Positions 31,401 to 40,523 of a stretch of 64,000 nucleotides of DNA are shown here, piece by piece. The notes beneath the pieces are model-generated. The model saw nothing but the letters and a program-made list of their open reading frames with translations, made no database searches and was not told the DNA's origin. Made by a program: the position numbers and the translations under genes. Position 1 is the stretch's first letter. Each line of letters opens with the position of its first letter. The stretch is from positions 1 to 64,000 of the IMG/VR virus record IMGVR_UViG_3300029288_000129, one strand, 5' to 3'. Source of the stretch: a virus (taxonomy: Duplodnaviria > Caudoviricetes).

Positions 31401-32474
31401 GCGAGTTCTCATAGGCGGCTCCTTAGTTATCGTAGTTGAAGTCCGTGAGCAGGTGCGCGTTGCCTTGGCTTCCGGATTCTTCTCCGCCTTCAGTTCCTTC
31501 TCCATCGCCTCAAGGGCTTCGTAGTAATCCGCGAATTCCTTGAGGTGGTCCGAAGCGATCCACTCGGTCACCATGTCAAAGGGAGGGAACTCTCCGTTCT
31601 CGGCGTAGTATTCCTTGATCTGGTTATAGGTGGTGCCGTGTTCCTTCTCAACGGCTGCGCCTTCCTCAACCGCCTCGGGGCTCACGCCTTCGGGCACCGC
31701 AACGGAAAGGTCGGCGGCGGCTTTGGCTTTCGCCCGGTACATCCCGAAGTCTTTGGGGTTGGTCGATCCTTTTATCTCGGGGTTCGCCTCCCACAGCGCC
31801 TCAATGCTTTCATACTTGCCGCCCGTCTTGTTGATGCGGTCAAGCAATCCATACATTTCGTCGTAGGCACGCAACTCTTCTATGTCGGCGTACACATTCT
31901 GAACCTTATCGTGCCAAAGGGCCGTTGTCTGGTGCCTCGCACGCACGCCTGCGCGGTGGGACTTGGATGGAATCGGAAGTTTTGTTCCGTTTCCCTTGTC
32001 AGCCGTAGCACTTTGACCAACTTCCGAATCGGAAGTTTTGGCGGCGCGGTACTCTTTGACAAGATCGGGTATGTACTTCTCAAGTTGACTCAAAGCATCC
32101 GATTCTGTCTTCCCGCCCAGATGATCAAAATATCCCATCGCGCTTCTCGGGACTCTTTTGTCGGACTGCATCTGGGTTTTAAGCGAGGATCGGCTTGACT
32201 TGACTTTGGCGGCGATTGCTTTCCGCTGAGCCGTCGCCACTTCGCCACGCATCTCCGCAAGTTTCTCCTGCCTCTCCCGAGTCTCCTTGGCGAACCGCGC
32301 CTTAAAACTGACGCGGCGATCTATTTCGTCCATGAACTGTTCCGACCCCGTTTGGTCCAACACGATGCCGAGGCCCGCGACCACGCGCCGACTCGCAACC
32401 GTTTTCTGCGCTCCCGCTACCGGACGCTGCGTTCCCATCCGTTTCGCTTCGACGCGCCGCCTCAACATGCTCAT
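28449..32474 (-). CDS. Large multi-module protein, putative head-internal polyprotein
   Basis: 1341 aa; repeated K/R-x-x-A linkers; KOW-like module FLRVGDTVRF. Confidence 0.65.
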   Translation of the reverse strand: MSMLRRRVEAKRMGTQRPVAGAQKTVASRRVVAGLGIVLDQTGSEQFMDEIDRRVSFKARFAKETRERQEKLAEMRGEVATAQRKAIAAKVKSSRSSLKTQMQSDKRVPRSAMGYFDHLGGKTESDALSQLEKYIPDLVKEYRAAKTSDSEVGQSATADKGNGTKLPIPSKSHRAGVRARHQTTALWHDKVQNVYADIEELRAYDEMYGLLDRINKTGGKYESIEALWEANPEIKGSTNPKDFGMYRAKAKAAADLSVAVPEGVSPEAVEEGAAVEKEHGTTYNQIKEYYAENGEFPPFDMVTEWIASDHLKEFADYYEALEAMEKELKAEKNPEAKATRTCSRTSTTITKEPPMRTRANNAQTDRIPWRADGQAMAEYMKRYGLEADWQGWLTKGGERVAYKIDDSKVPGQPAFIVVWVDPTKREMVLNPTARKVTAAGTKATATFTLICEGNVDPQTVAGRYLAQDQFRDWAADYIMGQIDTRFYRYDEEETDAAGAEAYMRLESVSLDRESLTVESDFSVKIQGTATYEYAVNSEYGTEDVLWGVEHALTKSIEDNIPGAEIDMDKPVRAIRLDEDRFSDDWVRGQYEDIIMYPADPNNSETSIAELAARIADKTGKEPDFAAARRLWKKLSATGAKSAEGWLAQAKAMLAKTRGAKKAASLKPGQRYRKMSPTETMMAASNPAFTGQAEDGTLLMGGYEIEENPNTGNEEAIYGWYVPSEEWEIARAQEQAANAKEAGRKLYYVNATRSTEARKVEFLRVGDTVRFLPGTYFEGKVGEIVDTDTKRTDWDQIETVYEVRGEGIDDSAAESWATADELERVEAQRATASAHTDWNLNETMGATKYRARTSVGKEVEVYVLGSPENGKETALVRFEDGHTERRRVEQLSNMEKVTAQRARAERVTEIKGPDGKVMFRIEKEYIQQYPGTRGKLTWFLDDAGGGNIVNGDEAYVMKELDRLMEKHGIGKPIAAKAKSANVAASRIKAWTEKDDLPENIRGKVTFIGKGYEIKKQKGTEEPTYVVTFAANEVVGDNDTEKTYDIGLRSENEVKMFKDLLKKNMAATAKSVKASLSKEEAEYEKKNGLSFEQYMENVEKTKGMMATEEYSQPEQEHRKEYEEGLRRLMKKGWTAVAKSKGPMTDETYAVHGDSEFYRTGDNFWFSDDGRLIALTEAQADEVRGALAESTALLKTEEDKILSVRNLVKDLGLLKQKRQEMKRMATRAELQTSHGDRVEALTRKVLSLAQAVKSVYAGPVGAVMRPIADRIGIKARQIYNETHTQNWVTASLVPMSRDPKAIRASITELEREVRELRLPLGLANVMAHRLKDELKVLKNTMDNL

Positions 32475-32860
32475 AGGTATCCTCCATCGTTGTTGCTGTC
32501 CGTGCTTTCCGCCAGTATCTCTTCAAGAGCCTTGCGTATCATGCCGTAGTAGTCAAGAGTCCCCGTCATCATTTTGAGCAGCGTGGTGCCACTCAGCGTT
32601 TTCAGGGCCGACATTATCTGCTCGACCTCTTCCGGTGTAGCGGGCTCCATGTCTGGTGGGCCCTTCGGCGTTTCGATCCCTACCGCTTCGGCCACAACGG
32701 TTCTTTTGCGTCGCGCCAATACGAGGTTTCCGCCCTCAATACGCGATTTCCTCTTGTATCGCATCGCGCTGTGCGCTCCCTTAATGGCCTCTTCCGGATG
32801 TTCTATCAACGCTTTTTGTATGCGTACCAGCATGTTCGGGTCGATCCGTGATCGCGGCAT
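32471..32860 (-). CDS. Hypothetical protein, first gene of the operon
   Basis: Downstream of a TTGATT-16-TAGAAT promoter-like site at about 32894-32921. Confidence 0.65.
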   Translation of the reverse strand: MPRSRIDPNMLVRIQKALIEHPEEAIKGAHSAMRYKRKSRIEGGNLVLARRKRTVVAEAVGIETPKGPPDMEPATPEEVEQIMSALKTLSGTTLLKMMTGTLDYYGMIRKALEEILAESTDSNNDGGYL

Positions 32861-32976
32861 GAGGTTCTCCCTGTAAAAAAACGGCTAACCCTATTCTACA
32901 AACCGCACCCCATAAATCAAGTTTTCAGTAAATAGGGGCACTTGCTATTTTTTTCGCAAAATACCGTAGATAAGTA

Positions 32977-33005
32977 TTGACACGGCGGTAAAAGTATGCT
33001 ATGGT
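32977..33005 (+). promoter_or_regulatory. Extended -10 sigma70 promoter for the plus-strand islet
   Basis: TTGACA, 17 nt, TG-n-TATGGT; TTTTCGCAAA at 32951. Confidence 0.65.
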
Positions 33006-33014
33006 GGCAAACAG

Positions 33015-33275
33015 ATGCTGCGAGGTGCGGCGATGGAGGCTAGAATGATCACGATGGAAAAAGCCAAAGCGGTGGTGAAAAACCCCGTGTCTGTGTGGTC
33101 GCCCGACAAGACCAGCGATGGGATCGGCGATCTTATTCTGTGCATCCACGAATCGGGACGGTACATGGTCGCCTCGGCGAATGGCCGATACGCTCCGTGC
33201 CCCGCCTACATTAAACGCAAGGAAGCCGAAAGGTATCTCAAGGAAAACCATTACCACAAGGTTGCGGAGCGATAG
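33015..33275 (+). CDS. Hypothetical protein
   Basis: First ORF after the promoter; true start may be internal. Confidence 0.5.
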   Translation: MLRGAAMEARMITMEKAKAVVKNPVSVWSPDKTSDGIGDLILCIHESGRYMVASANGRYAPCPAYIKRKEAERYLKENHYHKVAER

Positions 33276-33278
33276 ATC

Positions 33279-33563
33279 ATGGGGACCAAAAGAACTGGCA
33301 AGCAAAATCTTGGTTCATATTCATATTGTCGGGTTGGCGGACACACATATATGGCAGTTCGCATGGCTGACGACTCGTGGAGTATCTTTTTCGACAAGAA
33401 AGATTCCGGCCTTTCTTTTTCGACACTCCGCGATGCAAATGAGCATATCGCTAAAAATGCCATGCGGCTTGAGCAAGACCTGCTTTTGGTGGGAACATGC
33501 ATTGTTGATGCGAAAACTGGCGAAAGAATCGACCCGATGACGGTAACGGAAGTCGCCCAGTAG
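33279..33563 (+). CDS. Hypothetical protein
   Basis: Packed ORF. Confidence 0.55.
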   Translation: MGTKRTGKQNLGSYSYCRVGGHTYMAVRMADDSWSIFFDKKDSGLSFSTLRDANEHIAKNAMRLEQDLLLVGTCIVDAKTGERIDPMTVTEVAQ

Positions 33564-33615
33564 TGGCGATGGCTCACAATAAGTGCTAGTCGCGGGCCTT
33601 AATTGCGACAGGTGA

Positions 33616-34299
33616 TTGATGACCAAAAGAGTGATGGAACAGAAAGCGAACCGGCGGATCAGCAGCAACATGATGGTCGAGGAGTCGGAGCAACACCTTG
33701 AGGTGCTGCGTTCCTACGGTTTTCAGTTCGGCAAAAAGACGGGGAGCCGGTTCATCGCGGCCGTACACGAGATCGTCGGGATCGTGGCCAAGGAACAGAT
33801 CGCTGAGATGCTCGGGACCATTCTCGCGCTTCAACTCGATGTCAACGACCTCAATGGTCGCCTGATCGAGCAGACCGAAAAAACGAAATCGGCCGAAAAC
33901 CTTTACGATGAGATTCAGAAAAAACTGGAGGTCGTCGAATCCGACCTTTCCTCGGCCCTTGAGGCAAAAGATGTTATCGCTTCCCTTCGGGACAAAGAAA
34001 TGTCTCGTCTCAACGAAGAGATCGCCGAACTCAAGGCGCGGCCGCAGATCGTGGCGGAACACAACATCACCCAGTTGGCCTCTGCCGCCAGAAAACATGC
34101 GGAAAAGAATCCTCGCGACCAGATGGCGCAGGGTGCTTACCACGCCTACTGCCGGTGCCTCCGCCTGTGTCGCGGCGAGAGCGAACCCGAGGTCACCATG
34201 TCGATGTGCGCGGACCGGGCCGACTACGAGGCCAAGACCGCCGATGCTACTCCGATGACCGAGGCCGAAACCGTCGAAGAAACGATGAGGAGGGGGTAG
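33616..34299 (+). CDS. Coiled-coil hypothetical protein
   Basis: Heptad-rich central region. Confidence 0.7.
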   Translation: MMTKRVMEQKANRRISSNMMVEESEQHLEVLRSYGFQFGKKTGSRFIAAVHEIVGIVAKEQIAEMLGTILALQLDVNDLNGRLIEQTEKTKSAENLYDEIQKKLEVVESDLSSALEAKDVIASLRDKEMSRLNEEIAELKARPQIVAEHNITQLASAARKHAEKNPRDQMAQGAYHAYCRCLRLCRGESEPEVTMSMCADRADYEAKTADATPMTEAETVEETMRRG

Positions 34300-34302
34300 G
34301 CC

Positions 34303-34584
34303 ATGGAAGTGTCGGCAACAAAATGTATGCGCACGACGCGCAACACCAAGTTCTGTCGCGCCGGAGAACTGCTGTTTGTGCAGAGGCAAGACAACGGCAT
34401 CGCGACCTGTTACCGCACCGGATTCAACTCGTTGACCGGTGGCCTGACCCGCAGGGGCAAGCCGTTCGACATCCCCGTCTCCAGTTTTGATTCGGTCGAT
34501 GAAAACGCCGTTGAGCCCGACACCGAGGCCGAGATCGAGAGGGAGATGGATGCCGAGATCAGAACCGAAGCGTCGGGCGACTGA
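34303..34584 (+). CDS. Hypothetical protein
   Basis: GGAGGGG RBS. Confidence 0.6.
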   Translation: MEVSATKCMRTTRNTKFCRAGELLFVQRQDNGIATCYRTGFNSLTGGLTRRGKPFDIPVSSFDSVDENAVEPDTEAEIEREMDAEIRTEASGD

Positions 34585-34585
34585 T

Positions 34586-34858
34586 ATGAAGAACCCATTC
34601 ACGCTGTCTCCGTCTCTGTGGCGAACCATGCGTGAGTTGCCACGCCCATCCGGTGTGGTGTGTCTGGCCGCATATATTCTCGCCAACGACGGGGAAGAGG
34701 TTACTTCGTCTCGACTCGCAGAAAAGACGGGGTACAGTATCGAGACCATAAAAAAGGCGTTGCGCCCCATCTTGAAAACTGGTATTCTTGTCTCGACTCA
34801 ACGGCGCGTCTGTGGACGCATCGTTGGCGTTTTTTACAGCATAGGGAGGAAACCATGA
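34586..34858 (+). CDS. Winged-HTH DNA-binding protein
   Basis: SSRLAEKTGYSIETIKKALRPILKTGIL. Confidence 0.65.
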   Translation: MKNPFTLSPSLWRTMRELPRPSGVVCLAAYILANDGEEVTSSRLAEKTGYSIETIKKALRPILKTGILVSTQRRVCGRIVGVFYSIGRKP

Positions 34859-35250
34859 ACAAAGACCCGTTTCTCCGCATGATGGAACAACGCTCCGTCA
34901 ACTTGTGCGACGACTTGGTGCGCCGCATCGTGGACCTGTTTTGTCAACAGGGTTTCGTGTTGCGTAGCCGTAACCGCACATCGGGGATTCGTGTCTTTGA
35001 TCATTCGCAAATGCAGGGCATCCGAGCCGTGTTCGACCCCAGAAACCATAGGAGCGGCAAGAACCGGATGCCCTGTATCGTGATAGAACGCATCACCCCC
35101 TATCTCGCGGTGGAGATAGATCGTGTCAACTTCTTCTGTCTCGACATCAGCGACCCCGATGTGATCGTGTGGGATGCCGAGGATTTTCTGGCAGCCTTTG
35201 TTTCCAAATATACCAACCTTTTGGAGGATCGTCATGCAACCGCTGTTTGA
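34855..35250 (+). CDS. Hypothetical protein
   Basis: Start MNKDPF with GGGAGG RBS and ATGA overlap. Confidence 0.55.
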   Translation: MNKDPFLRMMEQRSVNLCDDLVRRIVDLFCQQGFVLRSRNRTSGIRVFDHSQMQGIRAVFDPRNHRSGKNRMPCIVIERITPYLAVEIDRVNFFCLDISDPDVIVWDAEDFLAAFVSKYTNLLEDRHATAV

Positions 35251-35459
35251 TCTATATGTCTTGATATGGGGCATCGGGATTGTCCTTAACCTTGTCGTCG
35301 TTTGGCGATGGCGCGATGTCGTGGAGTGGCAGAAACCGGCCGCGTGGATCCTACTCGGCGTGTTCTGTCTCATCCCCTATCTGCTGTTCGGCTTCGTCGC
35401 GCTGTGCTGGCTCGGCTGGCGGATCGGCAAACACATAGCGTCTCGACACTGGAGGAACG

Positions 35460-36161
35460 ATGTATAGTCGGTTGTCTCTGCCCTTCGGCGACGACACGAT
35501 TCTGCTGATACACGGCGACGACGCTTATGTGGACCCTTACGCTCTTGCCGCTGCGGTGGGCTTCGATTCCGCTGCGGTCCGGGCCCGAGTCTCAGCGGAG
35601 CCGTTTTGTCGCGCCACGCGCCGTTTCCGCGACATGGATACGGGACGCGGCACCACTCTTTTGCGCCTCGACTATGCGCAACTGCTTCTGTGCTCTATCC
35701 ACCCGTCGAGGGTCAAGGACCGCGATCGCCTGTTGCGGTATCAACTAGAGTTCCGAAACTTCGCGGAGTCCGCGTTGTCGCGAGTGCGGCGACGCACCGA
35801 GCCCCCGACCAACCTGTGGGACCAACCGCTGCCGCATCGACAACAAATGTTCCCGGAACCGGTCATTGTCCCCGCAAAGGATCCGCGTCGGGCCATCAGC
35901 CAACTGTTGCGGTCCTACTGTCACCGCGCAGAGACAAGCCACGAGATGGCGTGGCGCGACTTGTACCGGGAGGTGCGGTATCGTCTCGGCGTGGATCTGG
36001 TGTCGCGGGCCGAGAACCGAAAAATGGACCGGCTCGATGTGGCGGAACAGATGGGCATCATTGAGAAGGTCTACGCTATCGCCTACGATCTCTTTGCACT
36101 GAAAGGCAATGCCGTGAGGGCAAGGTTCGGTGCAGTAGTTGTTCACTCTTCGGTGCAGTAG
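35460..36161 (+). CDS. Phage antirepressor-like protein (P22 Ant N-terminal-like domain)
   Basis: YVDPYALAAAVGFD...LLCSIHPSRVKDRDRLLRYQLE; helical C-terminal DNA-binding-like domain. Confidence 0.7.
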   Translation: MYSRLSLPFGDDTILLIHGDDAYVDPYALAAAVGFDSAAVRARVSAEPFCRATRRFRDMDTGRGTTLLRLDYAQLLLCSIHPSRVKDRDRLLRYQLEFRNFAESALSRVRRRTEPPTNLWDQPLPHRQQMFPEPVIVPAKDPRRAISQLLRSYCHRAETSHEMAWRDLYREVRYRLGVDLVSRAENRKMDRLDVAEQMGIIEKVYAIAYDLFALKGNAVRARFGAVVVHSSVQ

Positions 36162-36171
36162 TTGTTCACTC
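36126..36171. repeat. Perfect 23-bp tandem duplication
   Basis: TTCGGTGCAGTAGTTGTTCACTC at 36126-36148 and 36149-36171. Confidence 0.9.
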
Positions 36172-36908
36172 TTTTTCCTCTATGGCCGGAACCAAAGCGG
36201 CTTTTTGCTGCGCCTCTTCCCTCGCCTTTCGTCGCATCTCCGCTATGGCCTCGTCGAAGTTCTCGACCCTTGCGTTTCTCGTCTGTTCCTCGCGACGCTT
36301 CACCTCGGCGTAGACCTCGGGGTTGGCAAAAAATCCGCCGTACTCTATCAGGCTTTTGTCTTCTTCATAGTTTTCTTCGCGGTCCAGCATATCGTTGATG
36401 ATCGCGTAGTGCCTACGAATCTTGTATAGCCACGCCGCGCTTACGCCCTTGTCGAGGCCCAACCAATCGGGCGTTACGGCTCCTCCTACTCGGAAGAGTC
36501 GCCAGAAATAGCGGAAACTTGGTTGGCCAAAGATTTTTTTGCAGACTCTAGTATGCCGCTGAATCGTTGCTCCTGTGCGAGACGCAACTGCTCGTAGGCA
36601 CTGTAGAGGAAATCGAGGATTCGAGGCGCGAGTTTACGAAGACTGTCGATTCTCTCGCTACTCGGTAAGTTGCGGATATCCAGAGGACCGATAGATTGTA
36701 TGTTCTGTGACAGTATCGCGATTCGCCGCATCCGCTCATTGTAGACACCGCCGTTGCGTCGCAACATGTCGATCTCTGCCTCGGCCTCGGCTCCGGCCGA
36801 TGCGAGGTCAAACACAATGGCATACCGGTCAAATTCGATCCGCGCATTGTAGCGACCCAGCGCGATCAGGTCGAGCAGGTCTTGATGGTCCTGTGTGCTG
36901 ATACTCAT
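36166..36908 (-). CDS. Tail assembly chaperone pair (G and GT) joined by a -1 programmed frameshift
   Basis: G ORF 36486-36908; slippery A AAA AAA at 36540-36534; the -1 frame is open from the slip site into ORF 36166-36462. Confidence 0.75.
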
Positions 36909-36960
36909 GGTGATGCCTCCCGTTCAGGGGTGTCTCGGAGCCGTTGCGGGGCTCCGGTGT

Positions 36961-38712
36961 CTATTTCTCCAGCATATCGGCGATAAACTGTATCTTGGCG
37001 GGGTCGCCTTTGTATTTGCGAAGAAGCGCGACCACCTGATTGGTACTCATCTCGCCCTTTTCGGGGATAATGTCGTTTTCGGGGATAAACACCATCACCT
37101 CGCTGGCCTTCACCTTGCGCCGCGCCTCTGCGTCGATACGAGCCACTTCCTCGTCCGGCGTGTTGATGGCCTCGTGGAGCATGGTCAGGGCAAAGTCGTC
37201 GGCGGCTTCGGGTTCGACCCCGAGGTCTCCGGCGATCTCGCGGAACTCTAGGGCCGACATGGGCCGCTCCGATATCTCTTCGATCAGTTTCTCGGCGGCT
37301 TCATCCGGTATGTCGGATACCGGCTCCGGCGCGTCTTCGGCGCGGGTGCGCATGGCGGTGACATTGCCGCCCACCTTTTCGATAGCAGCGCGGAGTTCAT
37401 TCCCGAGTTGTTTCAGTTGCGACTCGAACCACTGTATCTTTTCATCTTTCGACTTTTTGCCTATACTCGAAGCAATAGCAATTTGAGTCGTTGACAACTC
37501 GGCTTTTTTCAGAGCCGCAAGCATCTGTTTGATGATTGCTTTGTCATCCCCCTCGGCCTTCACCTTGCGGTTGCCCTCTGTAGTGATGCCTTCCGGCTTC
37601 TCGGTGGGCGACGCAAAGCCGCTATAGACCAGCGTGATCGAACGACCGTTGGCAAGTTCCTCGACAAAACCTTTGACGGCGTAATCGGCGAACCACCACA
37701 CATTGCCGGTATAAAATTCGCCGTGTTCATCGTAATCGCCGTCGCCGACAAGAAGCCCGTCTGTTAATGCCCCGACATCCTCTGGCTGAACCGCTGTATA
37801 CCCGTTGCCAAAAGCGCCGGAAGTGGATGGACCATCAAAGAGGTCATATATTTTATCGTCACCGGCACGCCCTTCTTCGTCAAGCATTTCTTTGATGTCG
37901 CCTATGTTCTCGGGATTGGCCGTCACCTTGATGTCTCCGTTTGGCTGATGCTCAAATCGGAGATATCCATAGTTGCGGGCTCCGCTTTTCGGCGGTTCCC
38001 ACTCATCTTCGGCCTTCGCCCGCATCGCCGCCTCGATCTTGCCGGGAAGCGCATCCAGAAGCGACCGTGCGTGGCCCCTCGCCTCCTTCTCGTTGTCGTA
38101 CATGCCAAACACTTCCTTCGCGTCAAGGCCACCCTTGAACTGCCGCTGAAGTTCCTCGACATTGGCAGAGAACAGAATGTCGCTGATCTCGCTTTCCGGA
38201 TTCGGATACATGACGACCCACACGCGGTCGATCCGTGCGGCTTCCACATGATCTTTATTGTCTCTGGCCCATGCTTCCGCATCTTCCGACTTGGAGAACT
38301 CTTCCATGACTTTGCCATCGGGGGCTTTAACCTGCCACTTGCCGGAACCTTTGTCCTGCGCGATCTTCCATTTGTTTATGGTCTTGGCCGCTTCCGTTTT
38401 TTCCTTCTTGTCCTTGTCGCCGCTCAGCCGCTTCTGATAGTGATCGGCCTGATGCTCTCTCTCGCCGTTGCTGGGGCTACGGTACGGGTCCGCTTTGCCC
38501 CACACCGCGTCCATCGCCATCTGTTTCAGCGCGTCGAGTACGGTGATGCGCGGATAGTTCTGAGTCATCCAGATGCGGAAGTCGTGACGACCCGGATTCT
38601 GAACGCCCTTGTCCTTACAGAACTTCGCCCATTCCTTGGCAATGCGCTCAAGGTTCTCGCGCTCATACGAGGTGTTGGGGTCGTACTTTTTCTCAGCCGC
38701 TTGCGTCTTCAT
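36961..38712 (-). CDS. Multi-module protein, putative head-internal polyprotein
   Basis: 583 aa; KTQAA, KTEAA, MRAKA, RKVKA, MRTRA linkers. Confidence 0.65.
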   Translation of the reverse strand: MKTQAAEKKYDPNTSYERENLERIAKEWAKFCKDKGVQNPGRHDFRIWMTQNYPRITVLDALKQMAMDAVWGKADPYRSPSNGEREHQADHYQKRLSGDKDKKEKTEAAKTINKWKIAQDKGSGKWQVKAPDGKVMEEFSKSEDAEAWARDNKDHVEAARIDRVWVVMYPNPESEISDILFSANVEELQRQFKGGLDAKEVFGMYDNEKEARGHARSLLDALPGKIEAAMRAKAEDEWEPPKSGARNYGYLRFEHQPNGDIKVTANPENIGDIKEMLDEEGRAGDDKIYDLFDGPSTSGAFGNGYTAVQPEDVGALTDGLLVGDGDYDEHGEFYTGNVWWFADYAVKGFVEELANGRSITLVYSGFASPTEKPEGITTEGNRKVKAEGDDKAIIKQMLAALKKAELSTTQIAIASSIGKKSKDEKIQWFESQLKQLGNELRAAIEKVGGNVTAMRTRAEDAPEPVSDIPDEAAEKLIEEISERPMSALEFREIAGDLGVEPEAADDFALTMLHEAINTPDEEVARIDAEARRKVKASEVMVFIPENDIIPEKGEMSTNQVVALLRKYKGDPAKIQFIADMLEK

Positions 38713-38722
38713 GCCGATCTCC

Positions 38723-39055
38723 CTATTCTATGGTGTTTGGTGTCACTTCGACATTGCAACTCACGATAGCACCGGCACCACCTGCCGGAGTGAACACCAT
38801 CTTGAGTTTCGGGTACCGCCACGAGTATATCTTCACCGGATGAATCGTTGCGCCGCCCGTGATCGGCAATGCATCGAACTGTTCATACGCGCCGCCGAGT
38901 TCCTTGTACATGGTCAGAACGCCATCGGTATCCGACATGAACGATATGGATATCCCCTTGGCGTAGTAGGGAATCTCTATCTCGGGGCTGGCCCATGTCG
39001 CGGCAGGCGCGATCACGGAATCTTGGAGATCATAAGGTGCGATAAAAATAGTCAC
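38723..39055 (-). CDS. Small beta-sandwich-like virion protein
   Basis: GTG start with GGAGG RBS; position in the structural operon. Confidence 0.55.
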   Translation of the reverse strand: MTIFIAPYDLQDSVIAPAATWASPEIEIPYYAKGISISFMSDTDGVLTMYKELGGAYEQFDALPITGGATIHPVKIYSWRYPKLKMVFTPAGGAGAIVSCNVEVTPNTIE

Positions 39056-39205
39056 GAAAGCCTCCTTCTATAAGACGATAATATGTTATCTGTTTTTGTT
39101 GCTTTTGCAATCTTTCTAACCTTTTTTTCACACTTATGTGATCGTATGGTGCGATCTGACAACAATCACAACCGAAGCCATAATTGCTTTGCTCGTTGGT
39201 GCGTT

Positions 39206-40438
39206 TCATCGTAGCACCTCCGAAACTGGCCGTGCCAGACGGCCCCAATCAAGAACCACATTGTGATCCCCAATCGCCTTTCTCATTATGTTTAATGCGC
39301 CGTTGACATCGGCGTGTATCTGCTTCCCTGTAGAAGAGACAAATAATCCACGGTGTCTTCTCTTGCCGAGATACGGTTCGCGATGTTCGATGGGTTCAAG
39401 CGCAAGCGCATCACACTTGCTGGTATGCGATTCTTTCTGCTCCACAACATCAATGCAAAACAATCCAGCCTTATACTTGATTTGGTCAATCAAGCGAGCA
39501 TGAGGCATCTGCATAAATTTCTGATTGCAGCAATCGCCCATGTGGATGTTTTCCTTCCAGCCCTTGTTTTTGCCAACCACTATTGTGCCGATGTCGTTTT
39601 CTTTGCAATAGTCAATTATGCAGCACGATGTTTTATGAAGAAAATCTCGAACTCGGTTGTTTCGCTTTAATGACACTTGTTGCAACTGCCGCGTTTTTCC
39701 TTTGCCTCCCGGCAAGCATGACTCAAGAAATGCCTTGCGCTTACTATACCATTGATTCTCGGCTTTCACTCTCCCGCCCTTGACTACAATCGGCTGTCTC
39801 TCGCCGGTGTTGTCTACCATAGTTACGAGATTTGCGACTCCCAAATCAATGCCCAGCACTCGCGATTTATCTAACTTTGCATCTTGGACCTCCTTGTTGT
39901 AGACTACCTCTATCCTGTAAACGCTGCCATACGGAAAAACCCATACTTGGCAGACATCTTCTGGCTTTATGTTTGTCTTAATCGGCGGGATAATGTTCTT
40001 TGCAAAATATATTTTTCCGTTTTTTACTTTAATGCTGTTTTTAGCAAAAACAGCGGGGTGTCGTCCTTTTTCTTTGTCTTTATATTTTGGCGGGCGCGGT
40101 CTTTTTTGGTTTTTCTGTGGATTCTTATGATATTTTTGCGCGGTTCCAAAAAATGATTTCCATGCGCGATCTACCGAAAAAATTGTTTGTTGCGCAACGG
40201 CGGATGGCAATGCGCGATAGTCAGGTTGATCTTCTCGCGCATATTGACTCATCAAATCAAACTTGCGCGGCATTGGCAATCGTTCTCTAATTCCCGCATT
40301 GTGTCGCTCCAAATTCTCAAAATAAATTTTTCGGTAATGGTAATTTACCGCATTGTAAAGATTCTTGGTCTTAAAACAAAGATCGTCTATTTCTTTTCCT
40401 TTTTTGCGCTTGATTTGATGAGTTTCCGATAACTTCAT
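39206..40438 (-). mobile_element. tnpB: IS200/IS605-family TnpB (solo, no tnpA nearby), AT-rich insertion
   Basis: KTKNLYN N-terminus; RuvC GIDLG, IVVGKNKGWKE, ESHTSKC, HADVNGALNI; lower GC than the flanks. Confidence 0.92.
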
Positions 40439-40523
40439 TTTTTCAAAACAGCCTCTTCCTACAAAAAAGTCTAACCCTATGATAAGGAAAAGAAAAGTAT
40501 AGGCAAGTTTTTACGATGCGAAA

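Noticed and set aside
33586-34770. 394-aa minus-strand ORF
   Set aside because: It is the shadow of three well-punctuated plus-strand genes.
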